This document shows positions 49,471-64,000 of a stretch of 64,000 nucleotides of DNA, one piece after another. Source of the DNA: Heptranchias perlo. Taxonomy: Eukaryota. The position numbers and the translations under genes were made by a program. The notes beneath the pieces were generated by a model. The model saw only the letters and a list, made by a program, of their open reading frames with translations. It did not search any database and was not told the origin of the DNA. The DNA is taken from NCBI RefSeq assembly GCF_035084215.1, contig NC_090350.1, positions 30,256,001 to 30,320,000 on the forward strand, in the 5' to 3' direction. How positions within the stretch are numbered: the first letter of the stretch is position 1; every line of letters begins with the position of its first letter.

Positions 49471-52400
49471 ATACAGACATTGTGGTGGTTCCTTTATATG
49501 ACATTTTTATATAAGAAGTCAGCTTTTCCTGTATTACTTGGGTAGATTCAGTATCTGTACCGATCCCAGTCTGGCATTGTAAGAGATAGTAAGATGTTGG
49601 ATCTCCTCACGTAGAGCAGTACTCCTTGCTCCTGATTTGGTCTTTTCCCAATTTATTCCTGTGTAACCATAAACATCTTCCTGTCTATTCCTGTGTACTG
49701 TCAGAAATTACACAAAGCTAAGAAAATGTTGCAATTATACCATCCTGCTAAAAAACAAAAATGCCATCTCCATAATGAATTAGATGAAGGATTGAGATCA
49801 AATAGGCTGAATGGGCTTCTTCATCCAAACCTGTCTTGTGATCTTGTAACTAGTTGCAATTAGCTTACATTCAAATTCCCAGCTCAGCCCGTTATTTTTG
49901 AGCTGGGGGCTCACATTCACCAAGATAGGATTGTCCTAGACGCTGGTGGTTTGAAGGGCAGGAGAGGGTTTTCCCAAATGCAAAGCAAATTTACTGCACG
50001 GTTCTCCTCAGGGTCTCCTGTTTTAAATCTGCATCTTTACTAATTAGAAAAAAGGGACTACAGAACTGCTTTAAAATATAATTAAGTTGGAGGCTGATCT
50101 GGAGCTACCACATGTTGACTTTGATAAGCCTGACTCTTTTTTCTCAGCATATTGTAGCTCCAGCTGAATGCACTACCTTAATTATTAGCTTCGCCTAAGC
50201 GACAAGTCAAAGCACAGATAAGCGACGCAGAGACCAGGCAAGTTGCGGAACAAAGACATTTGAAAGGCTATGTTTGTTTTAAATAATATATGTGTATATA
50301 TATATATCAGCCATATAACAGCAAGGTGGTCAAGTGTTATTCAACAACAACGGGCAGATGTGCTGTGAGGAGAGAGCTGGTGATGTCATGTTACTAAGTA
50401 GAACTTATTGTAGGGACATATAATAAAATCCTCTGTCCACATTGGTTTTAAAATAAAATCAAAGTGACAAAAACAGGTTATTGGAGACTATAACACAATG
50501 ACTAGGGCTTTTCTAATATGCTTTCTGCCTTGTATTATTTTTAAAAATCTAATTTAGATTATTTGTGGATCTATAACAGGGGCATGTGAAATCAGATGAT
50601 TTAATTAAACCTTTGTTAGCTTTTGATAGTTTTATGATCTTTTTATATTCATAATTGTCTGTTAAAGGTCATGTATGAAGCAGTTCTGTTTTTAAATTAC
50701 TTTTCTCGCACTTTTTATATCTCCTGTAAAAACTTGAACGTTTTTTTTGTGTAAACACAGTGGCATCTGAGTTCAAGGGCGACCCTGCAGATCTTTCTCA
50801 GAGAGCTGTTAAAGTACCTAAATTAAATGAGCTTGACCGGTCTAACTCCAGTTCCTGAGTCCAGTGCACATAATGTCCTTCATAACTGGAGCTAAAATAT
50901 CCATATATTTTAGGCATTAAACTTTCATTGTCACTTAAGTAATAATATTATAATTGATAATTTCTTTGTCAGAATTATTCTAAATGGCGAATGATCTCAC
51001 ACCAACCCCTCTTGAGTCTATTAAATCATACTCACCACTTTAGCTGACATGTGTTCCAACCTAGTCATTGCCAAACATGCCTTTGAGTAAGAAAAATTAA
51101 GTTATGCAGTGACATTAATATCTACAACTTTGAAAAGTGATCCAGATGCTCCAATATTGGAAAGTTCAGATTCGCAACTGAGACCAATTTCAAATTCCAC
51201 CCTTATTTAATGTTGATCAGCAGCCAATTCCAGGAGGGTGATCTCATCAAATCTTCTCCTGGTCTGGGAGACTTCTGATATTATGTTAAATGTGTTTCTG
51301 GTGGATTAATCAAGGAGCAGGTGATGCTTGAAGATGTTCATGAGCTGGGCTTTTCTACTCCCTTAAGTGAGATTGGTGGCTTTAGATTTGACTTGGGGGG
51401 GGATGGGGGAAGGGGTTTATACAAAATAAAGTTTAAAAGCCATAAATAGATAATATCTAAACTAGCAAATCTCTGCGGCATTGCTCATGAGTTAGAAGAG
51501 TGATGGAGAAAGTGTTACAGGAAGTGAGTGTGACACGTACACAAAGTGCATTCTACATGCAAGATTTTTAGTATATTATCGAGTTTAAAAGGAACAAAAT
51601 ATCATAGTTATTCCCCTGCAATTTTGAAATTAACTTTGAAAGTAACTTTATGATGTCACACTATGTATCTTTTAATTAATGTGTTAAAGTTGTGTTTTTA
51701 GACTGAAAGCAGTTCTTTTTCATTACCTTATTTAAACACCATTGCCTGTATTATCCAATGTAGTTTGATCCTTTTATTTTAATATCCCATAGTACTTACA
51801 AACATAAAGAAAATGTAGGAAAGAAAACCTTCTTCAACCAATAATCCATCAGTAGCTGTGGGTATTACTGAGGTTAAATACAGAAGAAAGCTTTGAAGTG
51901 CAGATGTATTCACACTATGGGCATATGTTCTATTCAGTTATGTTTCCAGAGCATCATGAATTGCCAGTCATTTAGCTGAGACATAAAGGGCCCATTGTCT
52001 TTAATTTGTTAAAAATATTTGTAAACGCTCTTAATTGGTAGGGGTCCAGTTGCTGTCAGAGATGGGAAGACCTTGCATTGCAAAGTTAGCCATTTTCAAG
52101 AATAATTTGGCTGAATATTGCCTCTGCTATATCACCACGAATTTGTTCTTGATGTTTCATCTGGACGTTGGCAGAGAGGAAAAGAGTCTGGTGAGAGATG
52201 AGAGACAAAGAGAGAGATTCCATTCAGTTCCAGGGATATCAAAGAGAGAGATTCCAAACAGTACCAGGGATATCAATCAGCAAACTAAAAGCCAATATAA
52301 ACAGATTTCAACATTGCATTCTTATAGATCCTTTGAAGCGAGTAGGGGTAATTTTGACTTTGGGTGATGGTGTAAAACAAACAGTATCGATTCAGCCACC

Positions 52401-55400
52401 CGTTATACATCTCTCCCAATTTTAATTTCCATTAACTTCACCCAAAGTCAAAACTACCTCCTGTGTGTGTCTGGATAATCAGCTTTAATTTCTTTTATGG
52501 TAAGCGAAAAAATTTTCAAAAAGAAAATAAAAATGTATCACAGCAGGTTGTGGGGTTATCTCAGGAGTGAATCGCAAGACAATAACATAGCTTTGATACT
52601 GAGATGCTTTCAGCTCCAGCTTGATGTTAAAGGTCTGTGATGGCCCTGTTAGGCAAATATCTGCGATTGCTGAGAATGCCATCCCCAACAGCACTTGTTT
52701 TTGTCAAATAAACTAGGAGAGCAAGAAGAGCCTGTTACAGTTTCAGGGGAAGATAGGTTGGCTCTGCAATAGTTGTGGATCTATATTTAATTTGTGTATA
52801 TTAAAATGTGAAGTACTTTGCTGCCCTTTGCTGTCAGTCACTGTTAGATTCTTGCAATCGCCTTTCTGTATTGTGCCAGGTTCCTGTATTTTCCCACACC
52901 ATGCCAGTTTGTCACACCTTGTCCTTGACCCTGTTATGAGATTCCCTGTCCATCTGTTCCACTGCATCTGTACACAAACAGGTTTTGATTTAGTCGCCCA
53001 CTTTTGTCATCTTCTAAACTTTTTGAACAACATTTATGGAGTGGTCTAGAAGAGTGTGTGAAATTTAAATCCATATTAATTTTTCTAACCAAACATGCAG
53101 ACATTGAATCCAAAACATTACCTTTCTATACAAAATACAGACAGTTGCCGTGTGTGGGTTACATTCAGTGCAGAAGGAACTGGACCCTATAAAGTTGTAT
53201 TCAAGCGTAAAGTTGTGCAACCATTTTATTTTCATATTTAACATATCAAAGGCAGAATTACAGCAGTCTCCAAAATGCTGAAAAGTGCATCAAAGTGAAT
53301 TTCAAAATTGCAAAATTTGCTCAGGAATTAGCCTGCAAACAACCCTAGAAAATAGAAAATATCTCAACACTTAAATCCCCCTTTAGAAAATGCAAAATGT
53401 GCTTGTTTGGACCCTTGGCACTGTGGTGGGTTTTTAAAAGTAGGAGCAAAACAGACTCCTAAAGTCACATCGGAACCAGAATTAGCCTTAAAATTGTCCC
53501 AGCTGACTTTTTGATGAAGTTAAATCTTTTTTTTGGCCATTTTTTGTTTTCTTGGCATTGAACCATTGCTTGTTTCTTTTCATTGGATGTTTATTTGTTC
53601 TCTTTTGTTTGGCTTCAATTTTACTAATGTGCCCCACCATTCAAAGCACTTTGCCTGACGATGGGTGTCTTGCCTGGCCCCTCACCATTAGCAGTCTCCT
53701 GGCTTCATCTCAGCACAAAAACAGCAAAAAATACCCTGTCTCAGATGGAATTTTAGCCCCTAATTTCTGAAGTAAGAGCCTATTATTGTATCATTGGTGA
53801 GATAGACACAGCTTTACAATTAATTAAAATTATTGTTTTGTCAATGTCAAAAGTTCAATCGATCAAATCTACTTCTCAAATTAAAAGATCTAAATTTTAA
53901 CATCACTGGATTAAATGTTCATGGTCATAAAATTGCAAAAGTCATAAATATTACCAAGTCATAAAGATTACAAAGATAAGTGCAGATATGGGACACCATT
54001 CAGTGCATTTGCATCTATAAAATCCCCTCTCATTTACTTCATAACTCAATCCCCTCACAGTGAGGATGCTTCTGTGCACCACTTTCAGAGCTTTGTGTCT
54101 TGGTGACCAACACTTAAAGTTTATCCACTTTTACAAATGGTCTCTGCCTCAATTACTAAAGCATCCCCTGCTCTCTGTGTTTTAAAGTACATCCAGCACC
54201 AGGCATTATAAACTTTTATCTTTCTCTTGCTCCACCAGGACTGTGAGGCGATGAAAGGAGCTGAAGAGCAAACATAGAAGCATTAGTTTCAAACCTCATT
54301 TCCCATTCCATTTCTAAGGTAAGTTCAATACAGTTAAGAGTGTTGAACTGTGTGCAGGTCCTTTGATCAGGTAAAGAATCTAAACACGAATTGCTGGAGT
54401 ACTGGGCGCTGGACTGAGTGGAACTTCAAATGGAAGAGTAAGCTTCCCATAGGGCAGAATACATCATGATGGCTGAACTAACAATGACATTGATGGCACC
54501 AGCAGAGATGGTCCATATTGTTCAGCCTACCTGCAAAAAGTAAAACAGGAAGATATTATACTTGTATATAGCACCTCATCATGTTGTGAGGACGTTCTAA
54601 AGCTCTTTATAGCCAATGGATTACTTTTGAATTGTAGCCACTTGTCATTTGGCAAATGCAGCAGACATTTTCCACATAGCAGGGTCCCACAAATAGCAAT
54701 TCAAATAGTGCCAGTGAATTTTTACGTACACCCGATATCCGAGACCCCTCCCTACCTCCGATCACCAACTCTTCTTTTGAGTCGATCACCTCTGCCCTCC
54801 CCCGCCCCCCCCCCCCCAATCTTCTCCACAGCATCTCCCAGCCCCACATCCTCCAGGGCTCGTGATTTCTCCCTTCTCTTCAATCTCTGGCTGCGGTGTG
54901 CTGCCACAGGCCCTCCCACTCGACAGCCGGCCAGCCTGTGAATCAGGCTGACTGCTGGACGAGAAACCTGGAAGTAAAATTTTTATCCTTCAATTAGGTC
55001 GTGATTGCACATTCCGACTCGCCAACTGTACTTCCGGGTTTCGTGTTCGATTACCTTCCGCCCTGCCCTCTTCCCAGCTCCATGTAAAAATCATGCCCAA
55101 TGTGTACTTCTTTTAAATGCAATGTTTGAAGTTATTCAAAGTTTAAAGTTCAGATTAATGTAAGATAGTGGGATACACGTAACAGAAATAAAATGCAGTT
55201 GAAAAAGTGTTTTATAAAAACATATATACCTAGGATGAACATGTTACGACTGTGAATATATATTTACTTTCTTTTAGGATCTTTAACTAATATTAAGTGC
55301 CAGCTTGACTCTGTTGGAGCAGCCCCCTCTAAGCCAGACAGTTGAAGGTTCAAGCCTCACCTCATGACTTGAGTACAAAACCGATACTCCAACGCAGGAT

Positions 55401-57292
55401 TATGCAGCTATACAATAGAACTGTTTAAAATGATGAAAGGATGGTCTAGTATGAGTGCCCTTAGATACAAGATTAAATATAAGAGATTTAGAACAGAGGA
55501 CAAGAGAAACTTCTGTAAACAGAGTTGTAAGGCTGTGGAATTCAGTTCCAGGATTAGTGGTTGAGGCAGAATTATGTCAACATTCAAAACACGAACGGGT
55601 TTGGCCAAATGGCCTGTTTGCGTGTTATAACTTCTGTATATTACACTCTATCGAAAGGTTATGAAGAAAGGTGTAATCCATGCGGCTTAGGGTATTGACT
55701 GAGATCAGGGTTTGTTCTGCTGCTAGCTGGGAACTAACAGTCACAGAATCTTATTAATCGTTTTTGCAAGTCATTATGGTCAAGAAAGATTAGAAAATTG
55801 TGATATCAACCAATCTCTGTACGATTTTAATCACCTATTTCTGTAAGTCAGAAAATTGATAACGTTTAAACTTGTGATATAAATATTTGCGATTTAAAGT
55901 AATGTCATCTTATCATTTTCAGATTGAATTATAAATAATAATGTTATAATTTTTGGTGATTTTTGCATCCTCTATATAGAGTTCCCAAGTAGCATTATTT
56001 AGGTTAAAAATAAACTTTTAATGTCACATCACTTTTTGAAATGTTGTCCACATAAACATTCTTACATAAACCTGATCATGCATGGCTTTCTGGAAAGATC
56101 AAAAATCATATATTTCGAATGCTTTCACTTTCTTTCCCCTCCCTTGTCCAGTGAGATTATGTGAACAGCATTCTAAATGGGGATGGTAATCTGTGAAACA
56201 AATACTTTCACACAATCGTGTTAGCTGATGGTGGGGCATGGGGGATGGGGGGAGCAACTCAGCCTTCAGTGCTTAAAGAGGATTTTAGAGATGCTCCATT
56301 CTATTATTTATGATGCAGTTTAATCCTTTAAGGTTCACATTTCTCTTGGGATCAGCTTTTACCTTGAATGTAATTGCTGTTTATTTTGATGACTCAACTG
56401 CCAAACATGATGTCACCGCAGAAGGTCAGAAGCAACATATTTTTTTTAAAAACTGTGTAGTTATTTTTAACATTTCATTAGTTTCCTTCAGAAGCTACAT
56501 GTAATTCTACAAGAGCTGATCCTCCTCTCATCTGTCTTCCAACTCAGAGATTAAACCCCATGGCTTAGATTACTGCAGGAGACCTCGATCTATCTTTAAG
56601 ATATCCGACTGCATTATGATTTTCTATTAATTTTATTTGAGGAGACTGAGTCTAACTTTTCAGTATTAGTAATAAAATATTTCCTGCATGACTGGCTGTT
56701 TCTGTCACAAGATGTGATATACCAGAGAATGTTCATTGTAACTGCTGTGGTGCTCTTTAGTTGCGATATCTTCAGCAGGCCACTACAGTGGCTCTTTTTT
56801 GAAAGCATCGGATTCCACAAATATGAGGATATTACAATAATAATTTATAAGTACCAAACTAAGCCAAATATTGAAGTAACAGTTGAATCTGAATTTGGGA
56901 ATTCACATGACTTTTACAAATTGTGAACTTCACTTCTGCCAATCATATTATTTGGCCCCAAATGTAAAAATGTGCAGATATTGGAATCTGAAACAGAAAC
57001 AGAAAACACTGGAAATGCTCAGCAGGTCAGGCAGCATCTGCGGAGAGAATAGACATTTCGGATATGGACCCTTCTGCTATTATTTGGCCCATTTAATTAT
57101 GTCGCAGTCTTACAACACACTGCAACTGAGCTGTTAATGCATGTGTTAATTGTGTTTAGCTTCATATAGAAGCCGCAATTCAATTAAATTAGATGTGAGA
57201 GGCTGCTACTAGTTGAATATCATCCTTTTTACCGGTTGTTCCTATTAATGTGTTGGTGTAAAATTCCAACACTATCGCCTGGAAATGGCAGT

Positions 57293-57464
57293 CAGTGATG
57301 TTATCGTACAAATGCTCAATGCACTCATGTCAAAATTTCTTTCTCTGCCATTCTAACTGAAGTGTTAATTCATCTAAAGTAAGCCCTAGTTAAAACCGTC
57401 ATTAGAATGGTAAAGAAGGGAATTTGGTGTGGGTGCGTTAAGCATTCATATGATAACATCCCTG
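57293..57464. repeat. Old long inverted repeat (MITE-like hairpin)
   Basis: Arms ~57293-57356 and ~57402-57464 are reverse complements differing mostly by transitions. Confidence 0.7.
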
Positions 57465-58634
57465 GCAGTAATGTCAAATATTATAATCCAGTTGGGAATG
57501 CAGAAAAACTTGTATTTATTAAAGCAAATCAATAATTTCTCAGGTACACTTGGGAGACAGTATTTCTATAATTATTAGCTTTAATAATATGTTTCAGTCC
57601 TTAAATGAGTTTTCCTTCATAAATAGGCTCCCAGACATTGAAAGATTATTTGAAGCAAATCTCAAATCTGATTCAGCAGCATCACCTGTTATTAAATTAA
57701 TAGTTACAATGGTAGACAAGTTGAAACAAAAATTCCAGGTACCTCCACTTAAAATGACCAGGTTAACCACTTAGAGTACAGAAGTTTGTGGGAGGCAGCT
57801 TGTATGATGTCATCATGCCTGATATACTGTTGACAGTACTCATTGTAAATGTTGTTTGAGCTGTTGCATTAGTCATATGTGCCATGACTAGAAAGATGGC
57901 AGATTTATGAATTACACATGTACAACATTGGTCAGGCACACAAAGATATCATTGGCAGGACCAATGGGATTTTTGACTTGCCTGTTTTCCCACCACTCCT
58001 GCAGTTCCAATAATTGCTGTGCAATCCTCGAGCAGCAGCATGTATATGTTTTAAAAGCCCATGCGAATCCTGCTATTGACAGGGCAAATAACCTATTGCT
58101 TATGGTGCCCTTGTGCAACAGCCAATGAATAACCTTTACATTCTTTTTCTTAAAGTAATTTCAGATATTCAGTCAGGCTAATTCATGGAACCTGCTAATT
58201 TGAGAGTAGACTTTGGTACTTCTTTAAGTTTTGTAGTATAAACAGAGATTAATGTTTTTTAAATTCAAGGTTGCCAGCTGATTTTATTTTATGTTTACAC
58301 TCGGATGATGGTCAAACTACAATCTAAGATAGAAATGATATATCTAGGTGCATAGATAATGTATCGCTGGTTAAATTAATCCACTGTAACTGCAGTTGGA
58401 TTCCTGCATCACAGTTAAACAAAATCAGATAGTTTATTCATTTATTTAAATGCTACTGTCAATTAAAACGTGCTTTATGGATCCATGCATTTTTCTCGAA
58501 TTATACTTTCAAAATCAGATTTAGAAACTTACAACAAATTATTTGTTGCAAACATTACATCATAAAAACATGAATAGATTGACAGCTGCCAAGGACTTGT
58601 GGTACTCAAAAGATCACACTTTTAAAATCTCTAT

Positions 58635-60690
58635 GCGCTCGATTTTCGCACCCCCGAGCGGGTGCGTTCGCGGCAGGGGGGGGTTGCGAAAATCGGGGAT
58701 TCCCGGGGTGGGTCTGGAGCCCGGCTCCAACTCGCCCACTTCCGGGTTCCCCAGTGACGCGCTGACATGCGCGCGCAGCCCCCGCATGTGGGACTCCCGC
58801 CGGCAATTAAAGCCAGCGGGATGCCACTTAAAGTACTTATTAAGGTATTTCAGGTCATTTACAGACCTGATTAACATAACATTTTAGGAGGGGTGGGATT
58901 TTGCAATGAACTCAGACTGTTTTCCATACTGGGGGAAACACTCCCAGTTCAAATGAACATGTTGCAGCCATCAGCCTGTGGCAGCTGCAAAGGTCCATTT
59001 GACAGGTGGGAGGGGGGGGGGGGTAGAGGAGACCCTCACTCATTGCAGGAGGCCACTCTGTCACTTTGGACAAAGTTTGGCCTCCACCACCCTCCTCCTA
59101 ACAATAAAATTCACAAACTTGCACACTTACCCCGGTGTCCAGACACATGTACCTACCTTGCGGGCCTCCTCAAATGTAGATCTTCCGATGGGGGCCACCG
59201 TAGCTGCAGTCATGACCTCCTCGGAGGACGAACAGCATCACCAGCCTCGCCGGCCACACCGTCCACCTCTGACATGTGGAGCCCCACCACACAGTGCTGT
59301 GACACATCCACCTGCACAGCAGGAGGAAGGGCAACCGCAGAGAGAGATGCGTCGCAGGGGGCACTACCCTCGCCACAGGGTCTACAGACCGAGGCTCAGC
59401 TTCCTGGACCTCTCTGAGCAGCAGTGCACACGGAGGCTCAGAGTCACTCGACAAGTAGTCGTGGACATCTGCAGCCTCCTTCATGCGGAGCTGCTCCTGG
59501 CTGGCCGGAACACCATCTTCTTACCTGTCGCTGTCAAAGTCACCACTGCCCTCAACAAGTTCTCCTCTGTATCCTTCCAGGGTGCCACCGGGGACATCGC
59601 CATCGTCTCTCAGTCGTCTGCACAAAAGAGACCTGCAAATACATCTACACCCACTCTGCAGTGACACAATGGGTGGCATCAGTTGTGGGTCTTCATAGTG
59701 AAAGGGCATTATTGCACAAACCAGACAAGATTCGCAAAGATGTGGCAGTAGTGGTGACAATATAATATGTTATGTGAGTTGATCAGAAATTAAATGTAGG
59801 TAAACACCATGACAAACCCTCAAACACCCTTGTGCATCCCCTTCATGCTCACGACATGTTTGCCTTATGCTTCCTACTGCACATATGTGATGCATGCCCT
59901 GTGGCTGCAGCACAGGTAGTGGCAGGTTGAGTGAGGCTGACCGTGAAAGAGATGCATGAGAGGGTGAGTATGAGATAGAGCCATGAGATTGTATGAGGAT
60001 TGGGTTGAGTGGTAGTGGCGGGATGAGTACTGGTGAGGTGAGTAAGTGCAGGTAAGATGAGGATGAGCTTTGAGTGGGTGTGAGGAGTGATGTGATACAG
60101 TAGTGTTGGCAGTGCAGAAGGAGATGTGGAGTGGGGGCGGTGATGTGGCAGACGGAGTGTAGGGGAATGAGTAAATGTACTAACTTCGGCTGACCTACTT
60201 AGGTCATTGAAGCGCCTCCTGCACTGTATGCAGGTGGGCGATATGTTGGTGGTGCTGGTGACCTCCTCTGCCACCTCAAGCCAAGCCTTTTTGGTGGCAG
60301 AGGCAGGCCGCTTCCTCCCGCCCACCGGGGGGAAGATCTCTGTCCTCCCCCTCCTCCTCACCCCATCCAATAATACCTGCAGTGGGGCATCATTAAACCT
60401 GGGAGCAGCCTTCCCCCTGGGCTGCTCCATGCTGTGATTTTTCCTATTTCCTGCAGCATCAGTTAGTGGAGGACTGCCCCTTTAAATAGGGCTCCTCCAG
60501 CTGACAGTCTATGCTGCGCATGCGCAGTCCGCCTGCTGCGCAGCTTTCCAGCGCGAAACCCAGAAGCACAGGTAAGTGGCTTCAATTAGCCTGCGATTGC
60601 ATGCGGAGCACCCCGATTTCACTGGGTGCCTTACCCACGCAACCAGTCGACCCCCCGCCGCAAACTCACCGCCCTCCTAATATCGGGCCC
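58635..60690 (-). mobile_element. Internally deleted PIF/Harbinger transposon, copy 2 (inverted relative to copy 1)
   Basis: Ends GCGCTCGATTTT / AATATCGGGCCC; flanks TAT/AAT; ORF 58978..59664 (+, transposase N-terminus) and ORF 59849..60430 (-, Myb/SANT); colinear with 30706-32729. Confidence 0.88.
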
Positions 60691-62197
60691 AATATGTCTG
60701 TCCTGTGGCTTTCTCAAGTAAAGAAAGCACAAGGTTTAGAAGCTCATGTGAGATGCATATATTAATTTCCTGCTACGATGAACAGAATGCTGTTTTTACC
60801 CACAAATAAAATATATCACATCTGTTAATAAGGAAAATAGTGTTTTCTAACGGGATGAATATTACCTTGTATATTCATCTTGTCTGAAGTTAATCTTGAG
60901 TCTAAGCAATAAAGGGGCATCATCTCCATAATGTGTTTTGACCGCCTCTTTGTCATTTGTCTGCAAGGAAATGATGCCATGACATGAATCTCATTGGATT
61001 CCTTCATTGCATGACTTGCGTATAATGTCGCTGTGATGAAAGTGACGCTGTTCTGAAACAAAAAGAAAATTGCCAAATACTTTTTTATTGAAAATACTGT
61101 CCCTTTAAATAACTGCCATCAGCTACAATATTTCCAGGAAGCTCTCTTGAAACAAGATTAAAATCTCCATTGTACTTTGAGTTTCTTTTATTTCAACGCT
61201 TCTGCTGTTGGCATAAAATCTCAAAAGCCGTCACTAATGGACTTTTTGAAATATCTGTGCGCACAGTAAATGATGCATGAAATGTTTGAGTATGACTCAA
61301 CATTTTAAGCCAAAATCCCTCCCAAAAAAGTGCACTGCATCTAAACTCTAACTTGCACATGCAGCAGATGGCACTATGCTGTATGTCAGGAGATAATAAA
61401 TTCTGTCACACACAGTATTGAGTTAAAAAAAAAATTCTGGCAAAGGGAAGATTACCATTTCCAGCAATAGCTTCTCAAGCAGATGGCACCTGGGGTTATC
61501 TGTTATTATAAATCCAACTGCCAGGGATGAGTTTTATCGTTTCTTCACTAGGCTGCAAGGTGATAACTTTGTAGCACCAGTTCCATTAAAATGAAGACGA
61601 TCAACTGTGCTGTGACATGTAAACCTCCTGCCCGTTGACTACACAGAATGTCTGTGATGTTAATTGAGAAACCTGCAGTCTTGACCGTTCACCTTAAGGT
61701 GATCACGTCATTTCGAGATTTTGTTGGAAAAGGCAGTGGGAAAAAATAGGGAAAAATCACCAGTATGTAAATAATAACCCCAACAAAGGCAAGGTAAGAA
61801 CACAACATCGCTGAAGACATGAAAACAGTTCCTAAATAAGATAAACATTTTAAAATTCCATGTAGCATTAGAGAGCAGTGATTTTCTTTTTGGCTGTGTA
61901 ATGTTACAGATTGGAAAAGGTCATCTGTAAAGTCTGCTGCAAAGCCGGTAGAACCAAATTATAATGCCAGTTGTGCTCAGCAACAAAGGAGGTCTGAGCT
62001 TACAGACATAGACATGTGCAGGGCTCCTTTCCCATGTAGCTAATTGTTAATGTTATCAGAGAATAGGCAGCAGTATCACTGCTCCTCGAACATTAAAAGG
62101 ATTCCATGTTGAGTTTATATAGTGTCCAGTCTGTTCAACAGACAATCTGGCTATTTAGAAAATGTGGTTTTGCGTTTTGTAGAAAGTGACGAGTTGT

Positions 62198-62515
<318 letters not shown>

Positions 62516-62555
62516 TCAATTGATGGGCTGAGGTTCGAATAATTACTGAAGGTTG

Positions 62556-62720
62556 GGGTAGATTTTCCTCTGTTGTGCTCAGGCGTAAATAATCACCTCG
62601 GTCGAGCACATAGAGGAAAATCGGATATGGAGTATCGCCACCATAATTGAACTAATTTTGCTCTGTGCACTGGGCCCAAATGATTATTTACACCCCTGCT
62701 CAATGGAGGAAAATCTGGCT
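62556..62720. mobile_element. Palindromic MITE-like element
   Basis: agattttcctc...gtaaataatca is mirrored by tgattatttac...gaggaaaatct. Confidence 0.6.
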
Positions 62721-62955
62721 ATTGTCTAACTTCATTTGTTCTGTCAGCTCAGGAGTCTGATTGGGACCTAATTCCTGGAGTTACACTGCCATTTTCATAT
62801 CAGTGGTTATTAGAAACTGCTTCACATAATTGGAAAGTGGCAATACAACAGCAGCTTTTGGTTTATTTGGAAACTGCATTCATTTGTGCAACAGGTAGAT
62901 GGTATTAGTACTTAACCTCCAAGCATTAAATATATGTGAGTTTTCGTTACATAAT

Positions 62956-64000
62956 GGGCCCGATATTAGAATGGAGGCGGGATGGCAGGGGGGAGGGTGA
63001 TTGGGCGCATGGGTAATCCGCCCAATAAAAAATGTTTATTTCGCACGCGATCGCAATTCAATTGGTGCCACTTAACGTGGCTACCGGGTTTGCCATCTGG
63101 AAGCTGCGCAGTGGGCGGACTGCGCACCCGCCTCACAGGCTGCCAGCTGGAGGAGCTCTGTTCAAAGGGCCATTGCTCCAAAGGCTTTTGCTGAAGCAAA
63201 GACCTAGACACCACAATGGGGCAGCACACGGGGCAAGGCTGCTCCAAGGTTTAATGATGCTTCACTCCAGGTGCTACTGGATGAGGTGAGGAGGAGGAGA
63301 GATGTGATCTACCCGGCGGACAGGAGGAAGTGGCCTGGCTCTGCCACCAAGAAGGCCTGGCTCGAGGTGGCAGAGGAGGTCACCAGCAGCAGCAACATCT
63401 CCCACACCTGGATCCAGTGCAGGAAGCGGTTCAATGACCTAACTAGGTCAGCCAAAGTGAGTACACTTACTGATTCTCATACATTCTGTGTTGCACATCA
63501 CCGCCACCCCCACCCCCCCACCAAATCATTCTGCACTGCCAAGACTATTCTATCATGTCACTCCTCACACCCACTTAAGGCTCATCCTCAACTTACCTGC
63601 ACTTCCTCAGCACTTCCTCTCCTCCCCAGTACTCACCCCACCACGACCACTGACCCTAATCCTCACACAATTTGATGGCTCTGTCTCATACTCACCCTCT
63701 GATGCATCTCTTTCACGGTCAGCCTCTCCCAAAGCAATGCATTCATTGGTTGGCCACTTCACCATCACTCACTCACACATCTGTTCTTTCTCCCCTTCTA
63801 AGAGAAGAGAGCGCAAAATGCACACAAGAGGGTGAGGACTGGAGGGGGGCCTCCACAATCACTGGTCCTCACAGACGCAGAGCAGGAAGAGCTGGAGCTG
63901 AGCCGCACCCTTGAGTGCCTGTCTGTGGGGGACAGCGAGACTGGCACCCCACAAATGTCTGGTGACACAACTTTAACATTTATCACTCACAGTATGAATT
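62956..64000 (+). mobile_element. PIF/Harbinger element copy 3 (related subfamily, runs off the window), Myb/SANT gene end
   Basis: TIR GGGCCCGATATTAG; ORF 63271..63675 with KAWLEVAEEV...WIQCRKRFNDL; downstream RVRTGGG remnant. Confidence 0.85.

Noticed and set aside
48925-49504. Gly-rich or Pro-rich ORFs (also 27252-27615)
   Set aside because: They are translations of the G/C-run interior of a MITE; several frames are open only because of low complexity.

Overview
This is eukaryotic, repeat-rich vertebrate DNA. The repeat content (CR1, L2, RTE and Penelope-type retroelements, Deu-domain SINEs, PIF/Harbinger elements) points to a cartilaginous fish (inference). The main content is the 3' part of a + strand Src-family tyrosine kinase gene. 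From remembered sequences it best resembles YRK, the FGR/Fyn branch. Eleven coding exons with canonical GT-AG boundaries run from 6775 to 43313, covering SH3, SH2, kinase and the C-terminal [10 protein letters not shown] tail; the N-terminal SH4/unique exon was not found in the window. Two intact, homologous exons encode the SH2-kinase linker and P-loop (165 nt FynB-like and 156 nt FynT/FGR-like), consistent with mutually exclusive splicing. Introns and the downstream region contain nested retroelements, a hAT MITE with an 8-bp target-site duplication (TSD), palindromic MITEs, three PIF/Harbinger-derived elements carrying Myb/SANT and/or transposase fragments, and a solitary histone H4 pseudogene. 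I found no evidence of a wholly new system. The best leads are the exon pair with its candidate splicing code, and the Harbinger deletion-derivative family.
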